DNA of 64,000 nucleotides, taken from the human T2T-CHM13v2.0 reference genome, Homo sapiens. Both the position numbers and the translations under genes were made by a program. Shown here one piece after another: positions 1 through 23,609 of this stretch. Where the stretch lies: assembly GCF_009914755.1 (NCBI RefSeq), contig NC_060940.1; one strand, written 5' to 3'. The notes under the pieces are model-generated. The model ran no database searches and had not been told where the DNA came from. It saw only the letters and a list, made by a program, of their open reading frames with translations. How positions within the stretch are numbered: position 1 is the first letter of the stretch; each line of letters begins with the position of its first letter.

Positions 1-428
1 AAAGAAACACGAAAAGTGGCTCGACAAAGACAGGTTTATTTTGGAGAATAAACCTAAGAGGGGCTTCTGGCTGATTTCTGTCAGGAGCGCTCTCTCTTAC
101 AGACTAAGAGCATTTTTCAGTTTTAGGGTGAGAGCTTATTATAGGCTTGTGGGGAGAAGTTCATGGCAGGGCTGGAATTTCTCTGGTCAGAGGGGAGGTT
201 ATCTTGGGGCTAACATCTCTGTGGTCAGAGGGGAGGTTATCTCAGGGCTGGCATATCTCTGGTCGAGGAGGGGTTTGGAATGTTTCTGGTCAGAGAAGTC
301 ATTTGTGGTTTATGTTCGTGGTGACCTTAGCCATTAGGTTGATGCCCTTTAAAATCAGGCAGTTTTTGATCAAGGGGAAACTTAGAATGGCAGTGCTTGT
401 CCAAGATGGCGATGCTCCTGCTCTGTCA
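1..428 (-). mobile_element. ERV1-class LTR (LTR15-like), truncated by window edge
   Basis: Reverse complement begins TGACAGAGCAGGAGCATCGCCATCTTGG; internal ~38-bp repeats; AATAAA near its 3' end; family by recall. Confidence 0.65.
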
Positions 429-1082
429 ATGTGCATGCTGTTGGCTTCCTCTCTGCAAGTATTTGAGAGTCACAATTCTCAGTACTACTAATATCTTTAC
501 CTGACTTCCAGCTTTTTGAAACCTCTTGACATCTCTCTGCTGGATTGTCTGTTATTAACCTGACAGCATTCCCTCCCTCTTCTACAGTGTTCTCGGCATC
601 ACAGAATTACATTTTCAAGAATCTCTTTCTTAGAGTTTGCCAATGAGAGGTACTTGCAAAGATTTGGAAGACAAAAGGAAAAGCTGTTCTTTGGCAGCAG
701 TTGTGGGCAGACTGGATGAATAAAACTGCAGACCTGAGGTCTCATTGGCTTTCAGGCATGCTGTTGCAAATGACCCATCTCAGGGCTGTGGGTTGCCAAG
801 AAGACAGTAACTCAGTCTTCACAGAGCTCTTGAGCAGAGATGAGATGAGGGAGACGTGAGTGAGAGAGGGTTGTGCAAGTGCAGGATTGGATGTTGTTTT
901 TACTAAAAATTCGGACATTTTGTTGATCATGGATTTTTTTCACATTGTTTGTTTTTAAAAAATATTGCATTGAAATGTTAATTAGCTGGATTGGTTCTTT
1001 CTGCAATGCATGCATAGATCAAAACATCACATGGTACTCCATAAACACATAATTATTCCTTGTCAATGAAAAAAAAAATTTT

Positions 1083-1613
<531 letters not shown>

Positions 1614-2129
1614 CTAAAATATTCTTTGATGCCCCCTTAAAACTTGTACCTGAGAAGACTCCCTCACTAGTCCTACTCCAGTCCCAGCCCAGCCCTTAAA
1701 AGACGCACAGAGTTTCCATGGGAGGCCGTGAGATTCACTCACTTCAGTGCTATCGTCTAAGACTGGTGGCAGTGGCTTGCCTGCCCTTCATTTCCCCAGC
1801 CTTCCAATGGTGGGGTAAGCCTGAAATTCTCCATATTCAAACCTTTCCTACTTGAAATATACAAGTTGGTTTCTGCTTTTCCAATGCAATCTTGACTTAC
1901 ACAATCTCTCATTGACTGGGTTCTCCTCTTCTGAGCTCTCTGTTGTGGTTCTACATCTTTTTTACTTTTTTACTCTGATTTTAGTAAAATTCTGGCGTGG
2001 AGCAGAAGAAAATTGATATGTTTAACTCACACCAGTTTTTAAAAAATTCCTCCTCTATCCTCAAATTTCATTTCTAAAGTTTTGAATTCAAGTACATATT
2101 ATCCATTGCATTATATACATGGTCACTGA

Positions 2130-2524
<395 letters not shown>

Positions 2525-3700
2525 CTAAAGATTTGATAGAAGAGGGAAGAAGAATTGGAAAATAAACTTGCAGAAATCTCCAAAAAAGTAGAATAGAAAA
2601 AAAAAAACAGATGCAAAGAAAAGAGAAAATCATAATAAAATTAGATAATTCATTGAACATTAAAAATCACCTGACAGGAGTTATACAAGAAGAGCAGTAA
2701 TCTCCATCAGAAAATAATAGAAGAAAATGTCCAGAACTGAAGAACATGAGCGTCCAGATTAAAAGCACCCAGCACAATGTATTTTTAAAAGACCTATGCC
2801 GAAGCATGAATTATTTTGATGCTAAAGTAATGGCAAAACCGCAATTCCTTTTGCACTAACCTAATAGGAAATTTTAGAACACCGAAAACAGATATATCTT
2901 TGAAATGTCTATAATGAAAAAGCACAGGCCACAGAGTTACGTTTAAAACTAACATTGGGAGGCTGAGGTGGGTGGATCACTTGAGGCCGGGAGTTTGAGA
3001 CCAACCTGGCCAACATGCTGAAACCCTGTCTTTACTAAAATAAACAAAAAATCAGCCGGGCATGGTGGCGCACCTGTAGTCCCAGCTGCTTAGGAAGCTG
3101 AAGCATGAAAATCGCTTGAACCCAGAAGACGGAGGTTGCAGTGAGCCGAGATGGTGCCACTGCACTCTAACTCAGAGTAAGACTGTCTCAAAATAAATAA
3201 ATAAGTAAGTAAATATATAAATAAATAAATGTGACAATCAGGAAAAAAGACCATCAGAATGTCCTCAGACTTTCAAAAGCAACACAAGAAGCAAAACACA
3301 ATGAAATAATGCTTTCAAAATAAGGAGGAACTAGTATTTCCAGTATCCAAACTATCAATCAAGTGTGAGGATGGAATAAAGGCATTTTCACGCATTGCCT
3401 CAAAAAATGTACTTCTTATGACTTCTTTGTCAGGAAGCTATTGGAAAATATGGTCAACCAAAATGAGAGATTAAGCCATAAAGATCGGCAGGAGAGCCAG
3501 GGTACAGAAAACATAACACAGAGAGAGGCCAAAGAAAATTCCAGAATGCTTAGAGAACAATCAGTTCAGACTGAGTAAAATTATAGGAGGCCCTAGGAGA
3601 GATATGTCCAGGGAGGGGAAAAAAAAAGAGAAACTTGATGTGCCTGACTACATGAAAAAAATATTTTTAGCAGAATTTTGCAATTCTGTTGGAGAGCTTA
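2525..3700 (+). mobile_element. Old L1 (L1M) fragments with inserted Alu (2956-3215)
   Basis: A-rich L1 ORF1-like sequence. Confidence 0.55.
2824..2865. mobile_element. MADE1 (Hsmar1 MITE) half
   Basis: AAAGTAATGGCAAAACCGCAATTCCTTTTGCACTAACCTAATA matches MADE1 TIR. Confidence 0.75.
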
Positions 3701-3719
3701 GAAAGAATTGGAGACAGCA

Positions 3720-5310
<1,591 letters not shown>

Positions 5311-7080
5311 AAATGAAATGGAAAACACAGTCATTTGTAACAATAGCAAAACTCATCAAATACCTAGAAATAAATCTGACAAGAAACATGTAAGACCCCT
5401 GCACTGAAAACTACAAAACATTGCTGATAGAAATTAAGAAGCACTAAATAAATGGCAAGATATACCATGTTCATGGTTAGATGACTCAATATTGTAAAAA
5501 TGTCAGTTCTCACAAAATTGATCTGTAGATTCAGCACATTCTCTATCAAAATAGCAGCAAGCTTATTTTTTATGTGTGGAATTTGACAAGCTAATTCTAA
5601 ACTTTATGAGGACATGCAAGATACCTAGAACAGCCAAAATAATCTTGAAGAATGAGAACTTACACTACCAGAGATCAAAACTTTATATTAAAAAACTTAT
5701 CTTCATTACTTTGTTGATCCCTACTCTTTATTATTTTCTTCATTCCAACTTATTTGGGTTTAATTTACTGTTCTTGTTCTAGCTTGAGATGGAAGCTTAG
5801 ATCATTGGTTTTCAATTTTTTAGAATTTAACTTTTTATTTTGAAATAATTATAAGAAGTTATAAAATTAGTACATAGAGTTTCTTTTCTTGGTGTGTTTT
5901 TGTTTTGTTTTGTTTGTTTGTTTGTTTGAGAAAGGATCTCACCCTGTCACCCAGGCTGGAGTGCAGTGGCCCAATCTTGGCTCACTGCAGCCTCAACCTC
6001 TCTAGCTCAAGCAATCCTCTTGCCTCAGACAACTGAGTTGATGGAACTACAGGTGCACACCACCATGCCTGGCTAGCTTTTGTATTGTTTTGTAGTGATG
6101 CATCTCCCTATGTTGCCCAGGCTGGTCTGGAACTCCTAGGCTCAAACAATTCACCCACTTTGGCCTCCCAAAGTGTTGAGATTACAGGTATGAGCCACTG
6201 TGCCTGGCCCTCGTAGAGTTTCTTGAGCCCTTCACTCAGCTTCTACTTATGGTGACATCTTACATAACTAAAGCAAAATGTTAAAACTAGGAAATTGACA
6301 TTAGTACACAATTGTTGACTAGACTACAGATTTTATTTCGCCAGTTTTAACATGCATTCATTTATGTGTGGGGTGGGGAGGGGTGTCTGTGCAATCCAAA
6401 CTCATGTATAGATTCATGTAACCATACTGCAATCAAGATACAGAACTGGTCTATCATCATAAAGGAACTCCCTCCTGCTGCCCCTCTATATTTCCATCCA
6501 TATGCTTTTACCCCAGTCCCTGTCCCTTAGCAACCACCAATCTGTTCTCCATCTCTATAGTTTTGTCAGTTTGAGAATGTTGTGTAAAGGGAGACATGTA
6601 GTACACAACCTCTTAACGTTGACATTTTTTCACTAAGCACAATGCCCTTGAGGTTCATCCAAGCTATTGCATGTATCAATATTTCATTCCTTTTTATTGC
6701 TGAGTAGTATTCCATTGTATGATTGCACGAGAGTTTGTTTAATCATTCACCCACTGAAAGACATTTCTTTTATTCCCAATTTGTGTCTATTAAAATAAAG
6801 CTGTTATGAACATTGATGTACAGGTATTTAACATACACTCATTTATGTATGTCTTAAATAGACAGGTATTTGTCTGAACATAAGTTTCTATTTTTCTGGG
6901 GAAAATGCCTGAGAATGCAATTGCTAGGTTTTTTGGTAAGTGTATGTTCAGTTTTACAAGAAACTCCCAAACTATTTTCCAGAGTGGCTGTGCCGTATGA
7001 CGTTCCCACCAATCTCTCAATATATGAGAGATGTAGTTTCCCTGCATCCTTGCCAGGAAATATTCTTTTAAAATATATCC
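5311..7080. mobile_element. L1 ORF2 (+) and L1M 3' region (-) fragments with Alu (-, 5895-6209)
   Basis: AAATACCTAGAAATAAATCTGACAAG, TTTTTATTGCTGAGTAGTATTCCATTGTATG. Confidence 0.7.
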
Positions 7081-7084
7081 ATTA

Positions 7085-7757
<673 letters not shown>

Positions 7758-8714
7758 TTAAGTCACGATTAATCTGGGCTCCTAATACTCAGAGCTGACT
7801 GTAATCTTAATTGATTGCACCCTGTCCAACCCCAGAGGGTCACCAATAACATCATGATCTAGTGTTTTAGAAAATAAAATTTGAAGGCTTCTATGAAATA
7901 TCTTGAATTAAATTGAGGGGGGAAACCTGATTAGCATGGTCTGGAGAAAACCTGGAATCTCTTCAAAGATTCTCTTTTCACTTTAAACTTTAAACGTTTT
8001 TTGCATAATTATATCACATTTTCATGAAAACTTGCCATCTAAATGGGATAAGGAAAAATATCTATAGACCAAGAAGTACTGGAAACACTGTGAGGCTGGT
8101 TAAAAAGAATAAGATACCTCTTTATGGATTTACAGGGAAAGATTACCATAATTTATAGTTAAGTGAAAAAAAATTACAGAAAAATATAAGCCCACTTAGG
8201 TCATATATGTAGTTTTCTATATTTACATAATAATTTTTAAGCCTAAAAGAATACACAAAATTGTTAACAATGAGGTGAAATTTTTTTGTCTGGGGTTAGT
8301 GATTATTGAGCAAAATTTTAATATTTAAATATTGCTTAACATATTATTAAACAAAATTTAAGCACATTTCAAAGTATTTAAAAACAGACAGTCCTTAAAC
8401 CATTAATACCTGTTCAAATAGCAAAATTCCCTCCTGCTAATTTAAATTGATTATTTACCAAAAGATGCTTAAAAACATTGTAAAAGATCAATCAATCATC
8501 GGGTTAGCTATTGATTTGACCATGGAGCAACAGATTATCTTCATCTGTAAATGAATAAAAAACCTACAAATGTACATATTATGTCATTGATACTACCACA
8601 AAGTATATTTTATACATTATACATATTTATATTACACGTATTACCACATATGTTATTCTACTTCTTACTTTCTAAACTTTTTATTGTGAAGTTTTTTAAG
8701 CATATGAAAAAGCT

Positions 8715-9018
8715 GGCTGGGTGTGCTGGCTCATGTCTGTAATCCCAGCACTTTGGGAGGCCAAGGCAGGCAACTGCTTGATCCCAGGAGTTCCAGAGCA
8801 GCCTGGGCAACATGGAGAAAACTTCCCTCTACAAAACATATAAAAATTAACTGGGCATGATGGCATGCACCTGTAGTCCCAGCTACTCAGGAGGCTGAGG
8901 CAGGAGGATCACTTGAGCCTAGGAGGCAGAGAGGTTGTAGTGAGTTGTGATCATGCCACTGTACTCCAGACTGGGCAACAGAGCGGGACTTTGTCTCCAT
9001 AAAAAAAAAAAAAAAAAA
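8715..9018 (+). mobile_element. Alu (J-like)
   Basis: Alu consensus. Confidence 0.9.
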
Positions 9019-9110
9019 AGGAAGGAAGCGAGGGAGGGAGGGAGGGAGAGAGGGAGAGAGAGAGAAAGAGAGAGAGAGAAAGAAAGAAAGAAAGAAGGAA
9101 GGAAGGAAAG

Positions 9111-9145
<35 letters not shown>

Positions 9146-9262
9146 GAGAAAGAAAGAAAAAAAGAAAGAAAGAAAGGAAGGAAGGAAGGAAGAAGGGAGG
9201 GAGGGAGGGAAGAAAGGAAGGAAGGAAGGAAGAAAGGAAGGAAGGAAGGAAGGAAGGCAGGC
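9018..9262 (+). repeat. GA-rich simple repeat (expanded Alu tail)
   Basis: (GGGA)n(GA)n(GAAA)n(GGAA)n. Confidence 0.95.
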
Positions 9263-9689
9263 TGAAATAATCATATGTTGAACATCCATTCTTCTTTTTT
9301 TAACCAATACAAACAGACAAAATCTCTGCTCTCATAGAATTTAAATTTAGTGAATGTTAGCTTACAGTTTACTTGTTTTTCCTCCAGAGCCTAAACTGTC
9401 TAGCCCATGTTTTCAACCTGAGTACTGGCTCTCTTCCTGCTAGAAAAGCTCCAAGTTCAATTGGATTCTATTAAGGTTTGGTCTAGCAATTATCCACCTT
9501 TATCAACGTTTTTCAGTTTTTCTGTTTTTTTGTTTTGTTTGTTTGTTTCTTTTGAGATAGGGTCGCACTCTGTTGCCCAGGCTGGAGTGCAGTGGTGCAA
9601 TCACGGCTCATTGCAATCTTCATCTCTCAGCCTCCCAAAGTGCTAGGACAACAGTGCCCAGCCTATCAGTGTTCTTAAATGCAAGGAAT

Positions 9690-9858
9690 CTGCATATCCA
9701 GGACCCAGTAAAAATGAAATAAAATGAAGGAGCAGAGCCCCTTGTTCAAAAATTTCTAAAAATTTCAAGACAGTAAAGCATCAAACCAAGCCCAAGCTCC
9801 TTCTAAGCATGGGGCCTTGGACAACCACACAGGTCACATACCCATGAAGGTGGTCCTG
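9690..9858 (-). mobile_element. MER91A-like DNA transposon
   Basis: Ends CACAGGTCACATACCCATGAAGGTGGTCCTG; contains CCCCTTGTTCAAAAATT; family by recall. Confidence 0.55.
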
Positions 9859-10239
9859 TGCCTATCATTCATAACCAAGTTCTAGCCCACATGGAATATA
9901 CAAATTGTAATATAACTGTCTCTGACTGGTCCATTCAGCCCTCCAGCCTGCATTTCCATTGTCTGAGACAACCTCTTTCTCAAGCACAGTCTTTTGGAGA
10001 CAGAGGAGATGACCATAACCCAAATCAGAACTGGTTCTATTATTTTACTCACTTGTTCACTCACAAAATATGTGTTGAGCTCCCATTGTGTGCCAGGCAC
10101 TGTTCTTCAGATTGAGGATAGAGCAGTGAACAAAAGGCAGAAATGCCTGCTCTGGAGAAGCCTGCATTCTAATGTAGAAAGACAGACAACTAACAAGTAA
10201 TAGATACATTGTGTCAGACGGAAATTGATGCTATGCAGA

Positions 10240-10945
10240 AAGACAAACATCACATGTTCTCCCTTATTTGTGGAATCTAAAAATTAGAACAATTGAACTC
10301 ATGGACATAGAGAGTAGAAGGATGGTTACCAGAGACTGGGAAGGGTGGTGGGGTGGGATGGTTAATGGGTACAAAAAAATAGAAAGAATGAATAAGACCT
10401 ATTATTTGATTGCACAACAGGGTGGCTAAAGTCAAGAATAACTTTTTTTGGGGACAGGATCTCACTCTTGCCCAGGCTGGAGTGCAATGGCACAATCTCG
10501 GCTCACTGCAACCTCTGTCTCTCAGGCTGAAGTGATCCTCCTGCCTCAGCCTCCTAAGTAGGTGGGACGACAGGTGTGTGTCACCACACCTGGCTAATTT
10601 TTGTATTTTTAGTAGAGATGGGGTTTTGCCGTGTTGCCCAGGCTGGTCTTGTACTCCTGAGCTCAAGCAATCCAGCCACCTCAGCCTCCCAAAGTGCTAG
10701 GATTACAGGCATGAGCCACTGCACCCGGCCTAAAGTCAATAATAATTTAACTGTACATTTTAAAATAAAGAGTGTCATTGGATTGTTTGTAACTCAAATG
10801 ATAAATGCTTGAAGGGATGGATATTCCATTATCCATGATGTGCTTATCTCACATTTCATGCCTGTATCAAAACATCTCATGTACCCCATAAATATATGCA
10901 CATACTATGTACCAACAAAAATTAAAAATTACATAAAAATAAAGA
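10240..10945 (+). mobile_element. L1MA-type 3' end interrupted by Alu (-, 10443-10730)
   Basis: AGAAAGACAAACATCACATGTTCTC...CATCTCATGTACCCCATAAATATAT; AAAGTCAA..ATAA duplicated around the Alu. Confidence 0.8.
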
Positions 10946-11338
10946 AACCTATATCATAGATGTAAATTATTAGAAATATATATATATACTTAAAAGCAAA
11001 AAAAATTTAAACAGAAAATTGGCACTATGGAGAAAATAAAGCTGGACAGGGAAACTAAAGAAAATGTACATGGGGTTGAAATTTTAAATAGCGTGGTTAT
11101 GAATAAATAGCAATGGTCCCTTGCTGGGAGAGTGACTCTTGAGCAAAGATCTGAGGGAGGTGAAATAGGGAGCCAGGCAAAAATCAGGAGGGAGAGCATT
11201 CCAGTCAGAGCAGAGCCAACTCCAAAGGCTTTCAGAAAGGAACGTGCCTGGATGAGTTTGCAAAACAGCAAGGAGGCCAGAGTGGCTAGAGAGAAATAAA
11301 CACAGGGTGAATAGTAGGATTTGAGGTTTGAGTGGTAC

Positions 11339-11811
11339 CGAGATAGGAACAGCACTGGGTGATCACAGGAGGATGGAAAAGCCCAAACAACAGCTCAAAC
11401 AAGAACTAGGCAAAGAAACCACAGGATAACCGAAAACACAAAAGAAGGGAGAGAAAATGGCCAAAACCCTGGTCAGGATGACGTGTCCATGACTCTTCCA
11501 GGCAAACACGTAGGCAGTAATTGGGGTCCCTGAAATTTCCTCCTTTTGCAGAATACCTACTGATTATTCCAACCCCTAATTGAAGAGACACCCATAGAAT
11601 TAGAAACCCAAACTCCATCGTGTGAGATTCGTTCTCCCAAGCATGCCCGCCCTTCTCTCTTAAGTGTGTGTTCCCACTTTGCAATAAAAGCTTCTTGCTT
11701 CATTCTGACTCATCCCTGAATTTTTTCTCCCGACAGTGTAAAGAATCTGGCCAGTGGCTAGGACTGAGGCCTCAGCGGCATCGGGAGACCTTCCTGAGCC
11801 TTCTGGCAACA
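11339..11811 (+). mobile_element. Solo ERV1-class LTR (MER66/MER41-group-like)
   Basis: Starts (C/T)GAGATAGGAAC, AATAAA ~11683, ends ...CTGGCAACA; subfamily uncertain. Confidence 0.6.
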
Positions 11812-12074
11812 TTACTAAATCATGTAAGGCTCCAGGATAGACCATATGACAGGCCACAAAACAAGCCCAACCAAGTACATTTAAAAGATTGAAATCATGC
11901 AGTGCCAGAGGTCTCTAATGGGATGCCCATCTCCCATGAAATGCCATTCACAATGTTGAAATGAATACAGTAAGGAGGATGAAGGAGTGAAAGGGACATT
12001 GTCCAGCCAGCCTATTCAGTGTGTATAGATGAGTGATATCATGGTCAGATTACCTTTAGAACCGGACATGCACA

Positions 12075-13255
<1,181 letters not shown>

Positions 13256-13257
13256 TG

Positions 13258-13870
<613 letters not shown>

Positions 13871-14017
13871 GTGAATGAAATCATGTAGGGCCTTATGGGC
13901 CATTGTAAGGACATCATCTTCCATAACCTCTGAGTATCTTTTGTGTTCTGAGACTTGGAGAAAAATCCAAAAGATGAAGAACAAACCCACGGGCTTAAAG
14001 AAAACTAAAAAAAAACC

Positions 14018-14626
14018 CAGTCAATTCTCATTATTCATGGATTTCATATTTCACTAGAATTTATTTGTAACCCTAAAATCAATACTTGCAATGCCTTTAG
14101 GGACATGTGCCAAGCAGCAAAAATTTTAGTCACCCACTGTGCTTGTTCCCAGCTGAGGTCAAATAAGGCAACACTCTACCCTCTTGTTTCAGCTCTTATA
14201 CTGTAAACTCATGTCCTTTTTTGCAGCCTATATAGGCTGCCACAATTTTCACATTTTTGTTTTGTTGGTGAGTTTGCTCCCTAGCGCTGAAGTGCTATCT
14301 AATATTCCTAAGCACAGGAAGGCTGTATGTGCCTTACTGAAAAAATATATGTGTTAGGTAAGCTTTATTCAGGCATGAGTTATATAGTGCTGTTGGCCAT
14401 TATTTCAATGTTATTGAATCAACTATATATTAAACAAGGTGACTTTAAACAAGAACACACATAAAACAAAGTTACGTATCGATCAGTTAATGACAACGTT
14501 GTGACCAGAGGCTCTCGGGAACCGAACTCTATATTTCTTCTAGAAGCAATGGTTCAGTATTCACTAATTCAGTGTTTGTGGCAGCTTTATAGAACATAGC
14601 TAGCCCAAATAGCAAGAATTGATTGT
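14018..14626 (+). mobile_element. Near full-length MER82 (TcMar-Tigger)
   Basis: TIRs CAGTCAATTCTCATTATT ... AATAGCAAGAATTGATTG; internal match to MER82 by recall. Confidence 0.8.
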
Positions 14627-15264
14627 ACATGTCCAGTTCTAAAGGTAATCTGACCATGATATCTCTCATCCACACAGACTGAATAGACTGGCTGGAGAAT
14701 GCCCCTTTCACTCCTTCATCTATTCATTCCAAAATTGTGAATTGCATGTCATGGGCGATGAGGCTTCCACTGGAGACCTCCTGCATAAAAGGAGAAACTA
14801 TGGCTGCTGTCCGCAGTGCTGATATCTAAAGCCAGCTTCTCTCAAGAGAAGCAGCATCAAAAAAATTGAAATCCACACAACTGAATCTGAGGACCCTGGT
14901 TCCTACTCCCCAAAGGTCAAAGACAGTAGGTTGCCCCAAAAGACTAAGTCATTAAGAATGCATGAAGAGAGAGCATTAATCCCATCTTGGTGGGGCAAGA
15001 TAACATCCACAAGAACTGAGGGACATCATTCTAGATTTGTAGGAATCCTGGAAAGAGTCAAACTTGGGAGCAAGATTACTTATCTCCTCTGGATCCCACA
15101 TTTAGCCAACCCTGTGCCACAGATGCCTAAGCCTTAGTAGCAGCTTAACCAAGTTTTCTAAGCCACTTTATATATCTTTATATCTCCTCTGACTCTATGG
15201 AAGTTTTGAGATCTCCTGCTATCTCTTGTGACTAGCCTCCTGAGACCCTGAACCCCAGCAGTGA

Positions 15265-20782
<5,518 letters not shown>

Positions 20783-21145
20783 ATTTAAAAGACAAAAAGA
20801 AGAAAAAGCTGGCTTTATTTTGCAGTGAGAATATAACTGTGTATTGTCATTCAAAACAAACATAGAATTTGAACAGTGTGTGTTTCAAAATCCCATTATA
20901 TATGTATGTGTATATATATAAAACTAATATGTGTGTGTGGACACACACACATACACACACACCAAATAATAACCAAACTGTTAGCCATGCTTATTTGGGG
21001 AGGGGGGGGGCACAGTTTATTGTTTTAATTCTTTGCAATGAGCATATATTGTTAGAAGAAGCAGCTGAGATTTTTTAGAGGATTTTCTTTAAATTTCTCT
21101 CCAATAATGCTGGACCTGTTTCCATCCACCTGGGCAAACCGCCCT

Positions 21146-21282
21146 TGGACCAGCAACCAAGGCATCTCCTAGGAATTTGGAAATTCGGACTCTTAAGACC
21201 CACTCCACCCCTATCGAGTCAGAATCTGCATTTTAACAACATCCATAGGTGATTGTAACCACATTCAAATCTGAGAAGCTCT
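21146..21282. mobile_element. MER5A-like hAT-Charlie element
   Basis: GAGTCAGAATCTGCATTTTAACAACATCCATAGGTGATT. Confidence 0.65.
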
Positions 21283-21569
21283 AGGTAAGAACAGATCCTT
21301 TCCTCTCTCTGGGCTTCAGTTTCTCCCCGGCACAAAGGGGCTGTGTCTCTATGGTCCCTCCCAATTGCAGTTTTCTAATCTCGTTTCTTGTAGTTATCTG
21401 AGTCCCTATAAAAAGGCAGCTGAAGCTAGGAAAGGTGGCTTACCTCTGTAATTCCAGCTATTTGAGACGCTGAAGTGGGAGGCTCGCTTGAGCCCAGTAG
21501 TTGGCAGCTACAGTGAGCTATGATTGCAGCACTGCACTCCAGCCAAGGTGACAGAGGCAGACCCTGTTA

Positions 21570-21880
21570 AAAAAAGAAAGAGAGAAATAGAGGAAAGAAA
21601 GAAAGAAAAAGAAAGAAAGAAAGAAAGAAAGGAAGAAAGAAAAAGGAGGGAGGGAGGGAGGAAGGAAGGAAGGGAGAGAGAGAAAGAAGAAAGAGGGAGG
21701 AAGGAAGGAAGGAAGGCAAGCAAGCAAGAAAGAGAAAGGAAGGAAGGAAGGAAGGAAGGAAGGAAGGAAGGAAGGAAGGAAGGAAGGAAGGAAGGAAGGT
21801 GGGCGGGCGGGAAGGCAGGCAGGCAGGCAAGGAAGGAAGGAGGAAAGAAAGGAAAGAAAGAGAGAAAGAGAAAGAAGGAC
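21570..21880 (+). repeat. Polypurine/polypyrimidine (GAAA/GGAA)n tract with H-DNA potential
   Basis: ~310 bp nearly all A/G including (GGAA)n; a triplex-prone tract was described for this promoter (recall). Confidence 0.9.
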
Positions 21881-21881
21881 A

Positions 21882-22180
<299 letters not shown>

Positions 22181-22666
22181 AGGAAAGAGGAAAAGAAAGA
22201 AGAAGGAAGGAGGAAATAACGAAAGAAAGAGAAAGAAGCAGCTGAAAAGGTCAAAGGATGAGTGGCCTGGCTGAACAGCCCCTGCTGCCTACAGCCGGAC
22301 GCTGGTGGGCACTGAAGCTGCAGGTCTGGAGGGAGTCCGAGGAGCGAGGCTGCGTGGGATTACTGCTGGTGCTAGGGCAGGCACCTGCCATCTGGACGGG
22401 AGTGGAAGGAAGTCGCGGGGCAGTAATAGGGGGCAGCAGGCGCTTTGAGGCGCCTTGGGGTAAGTGCCGCAGAGACCCAGCGGGAATGCAGGATGGCAGG
22501 GCGGCCTCGGGGCGGCAGCAGGCACTGCGCGGTGGCCCAGGAAGACGCAGCGCGGCCGGGCTGGGGCGCAGGGCGGCTTCGGGGCGCCAGGGGGCGTTGT
22601 GAAGTCGTGGCCCGCTCCGGGCGGTCTCAGGTGCCTGGCGGCCTGGGGAAAGCACCTGGGCAGGTG

Positions 22667-22706
22667 GGGGCGGGGCCTGGGGAGGCGGGTCCCTAGGGGG
22701 CGGGGC
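22667..22706 (+). promoter_or_regulatory. Two GC boxes (Sp1/Sp3)
   Basis: GGGGCGGGGC at 22667-22676 and 22697-22706, 30 bp apart, just upstream of exon 1. Confidence 0.85.
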
Positions 22707-22719
22707 CTGGCCGGCCCAC

Positions 22720-22814
22720 AAGAGCCCGCGGTGGCGCTGCCAGGGGATGCTAGCCCGAGAGCGAGCAGAGGAGCAGCGCACCCGCACGAGCCTTGGACCC
22801 TTTGGAACCGAAAG
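22720..22814 (+). other. SCNN1G: Non-coding exon 1 (5' boundary approximate)
   Basis: Downstream of GC boxes in CpG island; ends at strong donor GAAAG|GTGAGT (22815). Confidence 0.85.
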
Positions 22815-23609
22815 GTGAGTTCAGCCGGGTTGGGTCGGACCAGCTCGGGGGTTCTGGGCACTGGAGCGGATGCCGGGCGCCAGGGCGTCGGACGCCGTCA
22901 GCGCGGTGGGTGGCCGAGCCAGCATCAGCCGGTGGCGGCTTCCCGGTGCCCGGGATGCTGGGACACCTTGCCCGGGCGGTAGCGGCCAGCTCTCCCGGGT
23001 CTACCCACGCCGTGGCCCGGAGCACGAAGCCAGTCGAGAGCCACTCAGAGTCCGGGGGTCTGGGGGTCCCGGGCCACACCTGGCCTCTTTTCTCCGCCCA
23101 GCGCCTGTTCAGCCCCCTTCCCTGCCGGGGTGAGTCGCGTGGACCTGTCCGCTACTGTTCCTTCTACCCTCTGGAATGCTTTCTCCGGGGTGACTTGGTG
23201 CAGAAAGAAGCAAACACTTGAAGTGGGCTGGTTGGATTCGCTCCAGCGCCTTCAGCCGGCGCTCCCCCGGGGCAGACGTGGCTTCCGCCACAGGACAGCG
23301 CCCGCTCGCTCCGCGCAGGGAGGGCAGGGCTGCGGGGTCGCTCGGCAGGAGCTCGGGTCAGGGCCCTGAGGTTGAGTTCAAGTGATTTCTGCACAGGACT
23401 CGCCCTTCGGGACGGGCACTGATCGGGAACTCTCCGGTCCAGCGAACCCAACGCTAGACTTGGGGCAAATCTCTCATCCCTCTCCAAGCTTTGGGGTCCT
23501 GCACTGTGGGATGGGGGACAGGCAAAGTCGGTGGTAGGTGAGGAGGGGGTGCACGGAGCCGCTGCGATGAGCCAGGGCCCTGGAATTCTAAAGAATCCTT
23601 CAAATCCTT

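Larger units (their letters stand above)
22250..23460. promoter_or_regulatory. CpG island / TATA-less SCNN1G promoter
   Basis: High GC and CpG density spanning exon 1, unlike the CpG-poor flanks. Confidence 0.9.

Noticed and set aside
3555-3570. GRE/MRE-like AGAACAnnnAGTTCA
   Set aside because: Imperfect, inside degraded L1, 19 kb from the TSS; I found no convincing palindromic GRE by eye.
22251-23487. Overlapping long ORFs on both strands at the promoter
   Set aside because: Expected from stop-codon scarcity in a CpG island; no recognisable protein.
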